A stretch of 64,000 bases of DNA from Amphiscolops sp. MND2022 (lineage: Eukaryota): positions 45,324,001 through 45,388,000 of the forward strand of contig OZ076409.1 in assembly GCA_964187785.1 (NCBI GenBank), in the 5' to 3' direction. Positions 37,001-48,900 of this stretch are shown piece after piece (positions within the stretch are counted from its first letter, which is position 1; each line of letters opens with the position of its first letter). The translations under genes and the position numbers were made by a program. The notes beneath the pieces were generated by a model that was not told the origin of the DNA, did not search any database, and saw only the letters and a program-made list of their open reading frames with translations.

Positions 37001-40000
37001 TCAACCCACGACTCCAATTCAAATTTTCCCTCGTGTTGCTGACTCAGCTCACACCTTTTTTCCTCAATGCCCTCGTCGTAATAGTACTCCATTAAATCGT
37101 CGCCGTAACAGTACACCCTATACGCTCCGCCATCTTCCTCACACCGATTTTCATGAATCTCAAACCCGTATCAACTTTCCCTCTGAGTGACATTCTCCAC
37201 TTCCGCCAAGTTATTTCTTTGTGTTGATTTCTTGTTTTTCAATCATTCTACCTTTTGGTATCGTCATATACAGTTGCTTGTAACAAATTTTACAAGTTGT
37301 CTAACTTGTCCAAAACCGTAGTCACACCTTTCCAACTCTAATCCCATCATCATCTCAATTTAACAATCTCTCGGATTTTGCAAAAACTCTAACTATCTAA
37401 CACAACCTTCCACCTTAGATTCCTTACCTCTCATCTTGGATTCCCAACCCTCTTCCTCTACTTCATCACATTCCAGACCCTAGTGATATTGACCCCTCTG
37501 TTTTTCAACGACTTCAAGCTCATGCTCTACCTACTGCTCGAAAAACTATTCGCCGTCACTCTCAAATTGATACCTCTCACCCTCTCCGTTCTTTTGAACT
37601 CCCTACTTTAGAACCTCTTGAGACCGCTCCTCTAAACTTGATTCTTGTACTCTCTCGCTAATATATCGTCGCCTTCCTCCTTCTACCCACTCCTCTTCGT
37701 TAGATAACTTACTTGACCCTCCCTCAGAATCATCTTCTTCTGTTTCTCTTTTCAAACCATCTCGGAAGAGATACCATCTTCGTTCAAATGAATTTCAAAA
37801 TTTGGAACCAACTCGATATAATTTACGATCTCAATCTCCAGCTCAACCCTTAGAATCAACCACCACCCAATCCCCATCTCTATCTCTTGCAAGTACCGCC
37901 GCTAATTTAGAAAGACATCACGCGCAATCTGTTTCTTCGGTTATATTATCCCCACATAGAATAACTGCTACCTCCGGTATTGATACTGAATTTTCTCAAA
38001 GCTCTTCACTCTCACCTAACTCTGCTTCTGGAAACTTATTCTCTCGTTCACCATCTCGTGTTAGTACTTTAACCTCAGGCTCTCAACTCATAATCATTGA
38101 CCTTGACATTGACCAATACTCAACTCCACCAACTCCTAATAGAATCGATTATCCCTTAATAGTAGACAATACCGTCATTCAAAGTCCTCGATTAGATCCT
38201 CGTTTCCGTTTTTTAGCTATACACAAAAGTACCAACCGTCCTTCTATCTCTGCAACACGTAAAAATACTGACCTCCAAAGATTAGATACTAACTCTCTCC
38301 ATTTTAAAGTTGAAATCACTGTAGAATTTGAAAATCTTAATCCTCATCCTATTTCCACCCACGCTCAAGTTCATTTTAAAACTACTCCACATCCATTTAT
38401 AACTACAAACTTGAATCTCTTTGTTAGTGATTCCTCCTTTTCCCCTTATCAATGGCTCCATCACCTTTTTAACACCATTTCCGGTCTTAAATATACCACT
38501 CAATTTTTATAGTTTACTCATCCTTTTAACTCTTCTCTGCTTATGCAAGCACTAAGAAAATAGTTGAACACAATGATCTCCATATCTCTGATCTTTTAGT
38601 CTCTCACCATGCTGACTACCATATTAATACCATGGAACGTCCGTTACAATTAGACCCCAGCGATTGTAAACTTGCTATCCGTCGACTCAATGGAACAAAT
38701 ACTTAACTCCTATAATTATAACAACTCTTTTACATTCTTTGATGGTGGTAAAAAACAACAACTTCTTGAAAGATTTCAATCTCGTTTTCAAATAACCCGA
38801 CTTAAAACTAACCATTATGGTACCTTTGCCCATGACCATAAATCTGATCTCGTTTTAAATATGAAATATGGTGCAACAAATGTCCGCAAAGACAAACACG
38901 AATATATCATTGAAAAAGACAGTTGGTCTTTTATTGTTCGTGAAGTAGAACTCACCTATGATGGAAAAGAAAACACCCTTATATATAATCGCCATACACT
39001 TCTCTGCTTACATGATGATGGTTTCTGTCATCCAACAATATTAACATCATACACTATCGTCTGGTTCCCAGATGATCTCTGTTTATTATTTTAAATCCAC
39101 TCCTTTATTGGACGATGGTCTAAAATAGGTAATCGATACTGGTTAGAAACCGAACACTTTTTAATGAATCTTATAACACTCACACTCCCCCTTCAGACAT
39201 AAACTCAGATAAAAATCGCCTCTCTCGTTTTGAAAAATATCCTGAACAAAGAACTTTTTGCAACAAACACACTCCAATACATACTACTCAATACCCTGAC
39301 CTCCTTTTTGCATTCAAAGAAGGCTTTTATCTAAACACTGGTAAACGCAACCCTCTTCACCTTCCTGAAGGTGACCAATTCATTCGATACTCTTCTCAAA
39401 ATCAACAGATCACTATCAGTCTTGTTAAAGACAAAGCTAAATTTCTCTTTCCCCTATTAAACTCAACTAACAACTTTGCAACCATTGACTATGATGCCCA
39501 CGTAAATACAAAAATTGATTACGCTATTAATCATGTTTTTAAAACTATGACTGTTTCAGAATTAAAACCCTCCACACTGTATGTGAATTAGAACGAACTC
39601 AACTCTTAACAATCCTCGCAAGGTCTGTTAAAAACCCTCAACTCGCTGGCTTCTTATTACCTCAAAATCGTAATAACTTTCTATATGTGGAAGGCTCAAC
39701 TGCCTGGGTTTTTGATTGCCCTCACCATCTCTCTCCATTATATATACCTGAAAAATGCTATGATAAAATACCTATTATCTACTTAGACACTGTTAAATAT
39801 GTTGATCCAATTACTCGTCAGACTTTTGATTATGCTACTCCTATACCTTGAGAAAACAACCCTCAAAACATAGTTGCTCTTGATCCTGATACCGATCAAT
39901 ATTATATTCTCACTCCTAAACCTATTAAAAGAGACCCTCCGCTCTTATTCGAACCTCGTCAAGTTAAAACAGCTCTTAGCCCTAACACTTTTACAGCACA

Positions 40001-43000
40001 AGATGCTGGCATATATTCAAAACAAGACCTCATACTTTTTGGGACCGCGTCTTTTTGCCACAAACTCCGACAATACTCTTCAACTTCTTGGCAAAGCAAT
40101 TAGCTATGAATTCATGTCACAAACAGATACTCTTACTTTTGCCACAAACAGATACTCTTACAAAAATTCCGACAATACTCTTCAACTTCTTGGCAAAGCA
40201 ATTAGCTATGAATTCATGTCACAAACAGATACTCTTTTTTAAACCCAAAACCCGAAAATCCCTATACAACTCTCCGTATTGGTCTGAGCGACTATATACT
40301 TAACATTGCCCCATTCTTAGATACTGGTTGGTTCAAATCCCAATTTATAGAAATTTTCGGCTACCCTGAATACATTCTTACTCAATGTGAAATTTGTTTC
40401 TCCACCGCATTTGTTCTCAATTTCACTTTCCAAACAGTTGTTCATGCATACAAAACCTTTAATGCAAAAAAAAATATTAAAACGACAATTTACATTTTGG
40501 TCCGCACTTAGTCACGGACTCCACAGAACCGTTTCTAAATCTATGATAAATGCAGTTGAATCTAATTATGACTCTGATGATAATAATACCAACACCAACT
40601 CTACCAAAATTAAAACATCCCCTTCTAAAAAATCCACTTCACATTATTCATCAATTAAAATTTCACACACTCCAAAATTTCAGATTAGATCATAATTCAA
40701 CTTCCGCCAATATTATACAACCCACTGCACTTAACAATTCTCCTGAACTTCCATTAACCATTCCACCATTTTCTGTTACCTCCAATCCATTATCATCAAC
40801 TCCCATTACAGCCGATTCAATTAATACTTCCTCAAAAAACAATTTTAACAATCCCTCTTCAAACTCGAATTTCTCCACACCTCCGCCAAGTTATAAAGTG
40901 ACATCTTTTGGCCCTCCTTAATTATTCAAACTTCCCTCTTTAAAAAATCTTACTCAACTTTCAAACGCTCCTTTTTCTCAATCAACTTCTTCACAAACAA
41001 TTAATACTCTTCCACTTAATACCTCACCTCCTGAATTAAACATTTCACTGTCCCCCAAAAAATTCTCCTCCTGATAGTCCACCCAATACTTCTTCCACAA
41101 CCCGCGTTCATACAACTCAGCCGACTTAAAAAGCTACAACTTCCAAACTAGATAACTTCGTTCTTTCTTACTAACCTACCCATATTTATTTCATCATAAT
41201 ATTACAAGTAAATAATTTCGTCATGTTAACTAATATTGTTCTACCAACTCATAATATTGATATTGATCAAGAACTTGAACATTTTAATCCTTCTTTGTCC
41301 TAACTCAATCTCTTCTGAAATCCTTGAAGCATCTCTACCAACTGTTTTTGACCCTCCGCATCTAAACTTAAACCAAACCATTATCAAGGAATCATGTGAA
41401 GACTCATTCTCATCACAAATCCCCCCTGTTCCATATCCAAATGCATTAAAAAGTCCTTGCTCTGCTACTTCTCCAGATACTCTTCAAGTCACTATTAATA
41501 ATGATGTCACGCCCCCGAAAAAACGATACGACATGATGCAAGATCCTGTTTTTCTAAACTCTGGCCTCATGCCACCAAATTTGCAACCTTCCAAAACTCC
41601 TTCCAAAATGACAAACATTCCTGATGATTATATCCTTACTCACACTGAATTTAAACCAAACCTCCCTGCTTTATGTATGACTCCTACTGACTATAATTTC
41701 CAAATTCCTCTTGATCGTACTACCGATCACTATGTATCCTATGCCTCCCGAAATTCAACACAATTTCAATATTGGCAAGAAAAAAAGTTGAAATTTTTTC
41801 CTCCAGTACAACTTCTCCTAAACCAACTGCTGCTGATCTTGGTTCAAACCCAAACGATACTACTCCCGCCTCTGTCAAACGCCTCCACCATCGCACATAC
41901 CAAATTTTCCTTCAACTCAAAATTCCTCAAATTTTCATCTTTCAAAATCCTAAATTCACTTCTCCCTTCACATTTTTGGGACACTACTATCTCGATCATC
42001 ATGCCCATGTTAGCACTATACGCAATTTTGATCTTCTCAAACAAGCATTCCTCTTCATGTTATACGAAAATCTAAATCGTCCCTTGATAATACCACAAGA
42101 ATACCTTATACTTAATGATTACCTCACACCCGCCAATAAACCAACACATGTACAAGAACTCTCACCTTATTTTCAAAAAGTCCTCTCGGGTCCATTAACT
42201 GACAATGAACGATCGTACTACCATACCCTTGTTCAAAAAAGATATACTAACGCAGAAATAATGTATATCATTGCTAAATTATCTACCTTCCTCTTCAATA
42301 ATCAATATAAATAAGGCCCCCTTTCTTCAAAAACAACTCGAAATTCTACTGATTCATCATTCACTCTCATCACCCCATCCATAACACTCCTCCTGTTGTT
42401 ACAATTAATGCTTTCACTTTTCCAACAGACCTCTTTATAAACAAAATATTAACACTTCTTAGACCACATGTAGGCTCTGATCCACATGCTAATCCAATGG
42501 ACCTCATCAAAAACATTTTCGGTATCTATCAAACATTAAAAGACTTCTCTTCAGATATTTCACAGATACACTAAATACTCCGTAGATTCAGGCATCCTCA
42601 TTTGATGCCTCCTCAACCAATTAAAACTCTCCTCTCAGGTTCATATTATCTGTATTTAAATTCACTTAAATTTAACACTTAATCTGATAATTGCTTAACA
42701 CACTCTATATAATTGCTCAAAATTTCTCACTACCTAAATAAAGCCTATTACTTGAAATTCTCATTTTCTTTCTCCTGGCACAACTTATATTACACTTTGC
42801 TTCTCTTTTTCACTCATTTTTCCCAAGCATTTTGATATGCTAGTCACATCATATAACATACATTCACATTTACTTAAAAAAATCTCTCAATCAAATTAAA
42901 ACAAATTCACATCACAAAATATAAAAGCTTTTGCATTCTTCCTCTCTTTCATTCTTCTCTGTTTCAGCTTCCCAAACACTCGCTCTTGTAATTTCTGCTC

Positions 43001-44700
43001 TTCTGCTTCTCCATACCCATCATGAACTCCTACCCCATTCTTCGCCAGTTGCTAGATGCTCCCATCACTGACACTCCCAATCCGACTTTCACAACTACTC
43101 CCATCACTGACACTTCCAATTCAACTCCGTTCACAGCCGTCATTCACACGATTCCACTTCAGCTATTCCACCCGTCTCCGAAGCCAACCCTCATCGTCCG
43201 CCCAAGAAACTTCTGCCGCCACCGGGCAAGTTCTGGCCACCAAAAGACTGAAACACAACAATGAACTCTACTACAAAACTCTTCATCAGTATAATGAACT
43301 CTTTAAATCTCATGAAACCTATTTAGACACTTTTTTACTAGCAAATTCATTTCATAACTTGTTTCTTAACACTTCAACATCTAAATCACGTAATCTTTTC
43401 GCATATAAAAAACTATCCTCCCAAATTTCCGTACTTCAGCCCTATAAAATTGCTTTTAATCAACCTTTAGATGCTAATAAACTTTTACACCCACCTCAAA
43501 CGATGGCCCCCAGTTCTCCATCATGTGCTTCTCCATCTTTGGATAATTGTGACACTTCCATCACTGATGATCCTTTGGATAATCCGGATAATGATGCTAT
43601 TTCTGATATGTCAATCAATGATAACAATGATGCTATTTCTGAAACGTCCATCGATGATAATAATGATGACCCTATTCCTATTGATGAAATAGAGGAACCC
43701 TTTACACTAATAATATTTCGGATGCTTCCGATACTTCTTCCATTTTTGATGATGCACCCCCAATTCGTATTATCGATCGCTACCCCGATCCTTTTCCTTT
43801 TTTTCATCTTTCTCCCCTTCATCAACCCCCTTCCTCCCTTGAAGATGTTGACTAATTTTTGTCATTCAACTCTTCCTTTATTATTTTTGCCGCTCTTAAA
43901 ATTTTTGTTATCAGCCTTGTATATTTACACTTTTCAAATTTTTCAAAAACGGCCCGGAAATAATTCATCAAAATTAAACCCACACCCAAAAATAAACTTC
44001 AAACATTCCACTTTAAAATTCAAATCCAACTCTGAAAACTTTCTTTTCTTACCTCTTGTTATCACTTCTCAACCATCTAATTGCACTGAAAATGAACTCT
44101 TAAAAAAGTTGAAACTCATAAAAATTTCAAGAACCAAATAGCCCGCTAAAATGTTTTTCTCAATGACTCGTTTCTGTCTGAACAAATTCTTTTCACTCTT
44201 TTAACCTTGATCTCGACTCAAATCTTCACATGTTGATCACACTCTATTTAAAGATAACTCAAACTTCAATCTGTCAGTCAATCAAAATATTGAATGTTGA
44301 CCAACACTTCAAACTCATGCTCGAACTCCGACCTAAAATAAGGAACGATAATTAAACCATGTTTCTAAGAAAACACTTGAAACAAAACTGATCATCTCTA
44401 GGAAAGATTTCGGAACTCGCTCAAAAAACCTTTTAAACTACAACCTCTCACAAATTTTGCCAATCCCGCTCGGAAGAAATACTTCAAATTTTGATTCATA
44501 ATATCTCACCCTTTGACCTAAAAGGCAACTCCATTTTGTTAATTGTCATTTATATACCGACCCCTCTTAACATCCTCTATTTGATTGAAGTACTTCCCTT
44601 TCATAATTGATGTAATCTTACTATTTTCCAAATTCTATACTCATTCGTAATTATATATTGTGTCAATCACTGTAAACCACTTTTGATTTGTATAACCCAC
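31062..44700 (+). mobile_element. Large decayed Ty3/Gypsy-type LTR retrotransposon (gag-pol, accessory ORFs, env-like gene); 5'-truncated, ends approximate
   Basis: Gag fragment (31150-31560) and knuckle remnant CHKNNHSVSTC; protease LFLLDSG (~32300); RT IDLMYAY..AYIDDILL (33620-33960); RNase H TVDAS..YDREL..TDHNPL..ADMLSR (34300-34680); integrase H..H..C..C, LLTDRGTEY, WTNGLVENQN (35590-36250); IGPYKI (~36595). Order PR-RT-RH-IN; uniform G-poor strand to ~44.7 kb. Confidence 0.9.
38535..40600 (+). pseudogene. env-like gene remnant resembling class III viral fusion glycoproteins (chuvirus G / herpesvirus gB type)
   Basis: Translation across a few lesions: ..TLLCLHDDGFCHPT..YTIVWFPDDLCL..IDYDAHVNTKIDY..TLHTVCELERTQLLTILA.SVKNPQLAGFLL..FLYVEGSTAWVFDC..CYDKIPIIYLDTVKYVDPITRQ..IP(C>stop)..DAGIYSKQDL..WFKSQFIEIFG plus a hydrophobic segment. 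It lies 3' of pol. Confidence 0.75.
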
Positions 44701-45147
44701 TTTAGAAAAATAGATTCCCCAGAAAACAGTTTTGCTTAGATTGTCATCTGCAGCTCTGACTCTCTACCAGGTACTATCAAATAATGTTGAAGTATTTGAC
44801 AAGATTCTAAACTGGACCCCAAATAAAAAATAGTTCACTATTCTGGTCAACAGACAGTTCATGCTTGAGAAAAGATAGAAAGGAAGGTAGGTAATATAGA
44901 TTCGGCCATCATGGCCGGGGATTTCCTCCCCCTCAATGTTCGTCGCAGTTGGTCAGATTTTCCACGTGTTACTGACATCTCCTTGTATTTGTTATTGAAA
45001 TACCACCACAAGTAGCCCAGGAGTCGTTGTTTCAATACTTGAGGGTTTTTGAAATTGATTGATTTCGGAAGTCTGTTTATGAGTGCACCAGTCTTGTAGA
45101 AGAAGCTGTCTCGACATATTTGCTACTTGGGTTTCTTGTTATCAAAT

Positions 45148-45922
45148 TGTTTCCACCAAAATCTCCTGAGGGGTTGTCGTTTTAATTCGATAGCTCTTAC
45201 GATGAGCTTTTAACTTCGCTACTACGATGAGCGACAATAGAACGCTTTCATAGATCTTAGCCCTACTACGCCTAATAATGCTACTTCGAGAACTTTTCTA
45301 ATTAATTTGGACGCCTAGAACAGCTGATCGTTTACTTTTTTGATCGTTTAGCAGTGCAATGCTACCCTCCCGGTCCCAACTTGTCTAAACCCTAACCGGT
45401 TAGCCACTCAACAGCTGTCAAAGACATTTAGGTTTCAAGTATTTTTTAAATAGCGTTCTGAATATGATATCAAAATCCATCAAACTTATACTCTACTCAG
45501 CGAAGGTACAATTGATAACCTTTACAATCACAGAATATTCAAATAACAAAATTGCATAAGGTTTTTCCATCACGTTTTCTGACAATTCACTTCTCCAAGT
45601 TCGAAATGCTTTCCAAAAATTTCCATAAAGATGTAAATCTATCAATGAAACTAATATGAACGGCTATTTGATCGATAGGTTGGTTAGATAACATTTGACT
45701 CAAATCACGCCACCCTTCTCGTTCGAAAAGAGTCAAAGTACATTGAACTTAGGAACAAACATTTAGCGCCATTACCAAATTGATCATTTGACTTCAAATT
45801 GTCACAGCAGCACAGGTTAGTGAATTGTGGTTTTGAGTTTCGAGTGTTTTGGAATGTTTTGAAACTCAAGATTTCAACTATCTCAATTTATCTAAGTTAG
45901 TTCTCGATCTCTGGGGCCAACA
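45148..45922 (-). repeat. 3' LTR of the BEL/Pao element
   Basis: Begins TGTTGG directly after the purine-rich GAAAACAGGGCCGGCTA at the end of integrase and ends GGAAACA; its last ~266 bp match 52323-52590. Confidence 0.75.
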
Positions 45923-48900
45923 TAGCCGGCCCTGTTTTCTGAAAACAATCGTCAAATAGTGCCACCAGCTTCACAGTGGGTCGAACGAAAATCCCATTTG
46001 AATTCTGGATCTTTGCTCATCGAACCACTCCCTCACTGCCCCGGAAGACATCCAAAACTCTAGCCATCTGATTTTTGTACCGCTTGAATGACTCATCAAC
46101 GACCCACATCAGATCACCTAATCTGGGGGCACGTGAATCATTGCTCTCCCTTTTTGGTCGCACGTTCCATTTCGGCAAATAATCGCAAGACCGTCTTTTT
46201 CATATCATATCATGATAGGCTTGAGACACTCTAAAGAACATTCGTCAGTTCACATATCTTGATGCTTCCGGAAAAAGTGGCTCAGAAAATGCCGGTCTGC
46301 CCAGTAGAAAATGATTAGTCGTTAATGCCTCCAGATCCTCTGGATCATCACTGACAGGCGACAAAGCTTTTGAATTTAGCGTCTCATCAACCAGACACAT
46401 CGTTGTGGTGAGTACTGGTAGAGTCATGCGTCGACTTCCCAAGATAGCAATCATAGACTTTTTGCAACATCTCACAAGTCGCTCCCATATACCACCGATA
46501 TTGTGGCGCTGCAAAAAGATTGAATTGCCAAGCGACGCGCTGCTTTGGGACATTCCGAAATAGCATCTTGGTTCCATTCGCCGAAGCACACTTCGAACTC
46601 CCGTGCAGCTCTAACGAACTTGGTACCGTTGTCACTGATAGTTTTCAACGGTTTGCCCCTCATCGCTTTGAACCGCGTGATTGCCATCATGCACGCGTCT
46701 CTGTCCAAGCCGTTCACGACTTTGATGTGAACTGCCCTGGTGACTAGGCAAGTGAAGAGACAACACCAGTACTTGGCTGTCTTCCTGAAGAATGTCACTT
46801 CGAAGGGTCCGAAGTAGTCGACCCTGTGTTGCTGAAAGGCTACACGTTCTGCTGGGCTCGCTCCTTAGGCAAGTCTGCCATGTGAGGTTGAAATGGTTGT
46901 CACGCAGTTTTCCGACATTGTACACAGTTGTACTGGATACGTCTCAAAGCGTTCCTGAGTCCAGTTATCCAGTTTTGTTGTTGCATTTTGTTTCTGACAT
47001 GTTCGGTTCCTTCATGATGATTGTCCACGTGAGCTTGTCTCAAGAAAAGAAAGATCGCAGGGTGTTGAGCTGAAAGAAGAAATGGATGCTTCGTCTCATC
47101 AGGAAGCATTGACTTGTTCAGCCGTTTTTTCAGTATTATTGTGGCCTGCTTGTCTAGAAAAGAACACCATTTAGCATCTCAGTCTTGGTAGGCTCTCAGT
47201 TTTTTTGATGAGCTTCTCATACAACTCAGGGTAGCTCTCCCGCTGTGAGAGTTGCAGGATCGTCAATTCTGCTGCATTTAGCTCATCAGGCATCAAGGGT
47301 CCTCTCCGTTTGGTTTTGATTCTTCCACAGTGGACAAGCATATTGAGTAATCGCTTAAATTGAAAGAATCTAGTCCAACCACGAATACTTTCCCTGGTGG
47401 CTATGGTGCATACTTGTTCGTCCTCGGTTTCGACTAACTGCTGTTATGGCCAGTTCTCCGGTTCATCTTGCAACAAAACCGGCCCGTTTAGCCACTCACT
47501 TTCTCGCAATTGCTCAACAGTGACACTTCGAGTTCCAATATCCGCAGGATAGTTTGTTGTTTCATTGGGGCTATTTGGCACTTTCCCGTCACGAAGTAAA
47601 GTTCTGTTCCGTTTGATGTCAGAGCTCTAATGTACACCACAATGCACATTAATTCCAAGGAGGCGTCTGAAAATATGTCAAATTGGCTCATGAAGTATCT
47701 GCGTCTCAGTAGAGAACTTGGCAACTAATTCAACACGTCAGCCCATGTTAGGAAGACGGTTTGATTGTCATCGTCAATTTATTGATCCCATTGTTGACCT
47801 GTCTTCGCCCATCCAGTCTTCAACAGCATCCTCATCCTCATTCTGAAAGGTGCAAATAGTCCAAGTGGGTCGACGACAGAAGCTACGAAAGAGAGTACTG
47901 CTCTCTAAGTGATTTTCAGTGGCACTTTTTTGTCAGCTCCACGGCAAACTTCAAATTCGTTAGTTTATACATTCCATTTAAGTCCCAAAAGCGAAGAGGT
48001 TTGCGTCTCGGCCTCAAAAGTCTTGTTTATTGCGTGTGATCTAACTTTTCCCAGTATCGAGGTAAACACAGCTTCATTGTTGCATATCCATTTCAACAAG
48101 TTGAACCCTCCGAACTTCAATGTCCCTCCCACTCCTTGGTACAGAAAACGCGCTTCTTCTTCAGTGTTTACTGATTTTGCGAAGTCGTCCATATAAAAGT
48201 TTCTTTGGATGGTTTTTGTTGCCACGGGATGGTCCTTTCCGTTGACCTTCGCACTTCTCTGCAGCGCAAATTTAGCACAAGTTGCCTTACCCTTTTGCTC
48301 CAAAAATGTGACGGGTGAATTCATACACGGAGATCGGATCTTCCGTATGATTCCTTCATAAGAAACGTAACACCTTGCGGTCTTGTCATAGCACTTTCAC
48401 TTGCAAGAACATCGCTTCTATGTCAGCTGTCAGGGCGATTTGATGCTCCCGGAACCTGAAGGTGATACACTATGTTTTGCAAGAGGTTATGTTCGTGATA
48501 AGCATATCGTTCAGAGAAGTTACTCGAAAATTCGCTGCAACATCACAAACCCTTCGGACTTTCTCTGCTCTGTGAGGTTTTATCACTGGATGGTGAGGCA
48601 CATAGGACTGAGTCTCATCTTTCGTTTCTCTAAGTTCTTCTTCATCCAGTTTCTCGACATAATCATTCTCCACGTCTACTTTGATTGTCTCTTGATATTT
48701 ATCTTTCGATGATAGAGACTTTTCCAGGCGTCTTTTCAAAGAGCAAACTGTAAATGGGCTGAGAAGGAGTTGTTTTTGATCTTCGGGTTGTCTTCTGCCC
48801 ATGCTAGGCCGACTTCATATCTACCATCGACCAGTTTAGTTGTTTGTTCCAACTGCGCCAAAGCTCTTTCATCTTCCTTTGACTGTCCGCTGACATTCAC

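Noticed and set aside
37199..40895. Recurrent tccgccaagttat motif (~37202, ~40882) as a subgenomic-RNA signal
   Set aside because: Only two exact occurrences of a 13-mer in biased sequence; insufficient without other family copies.
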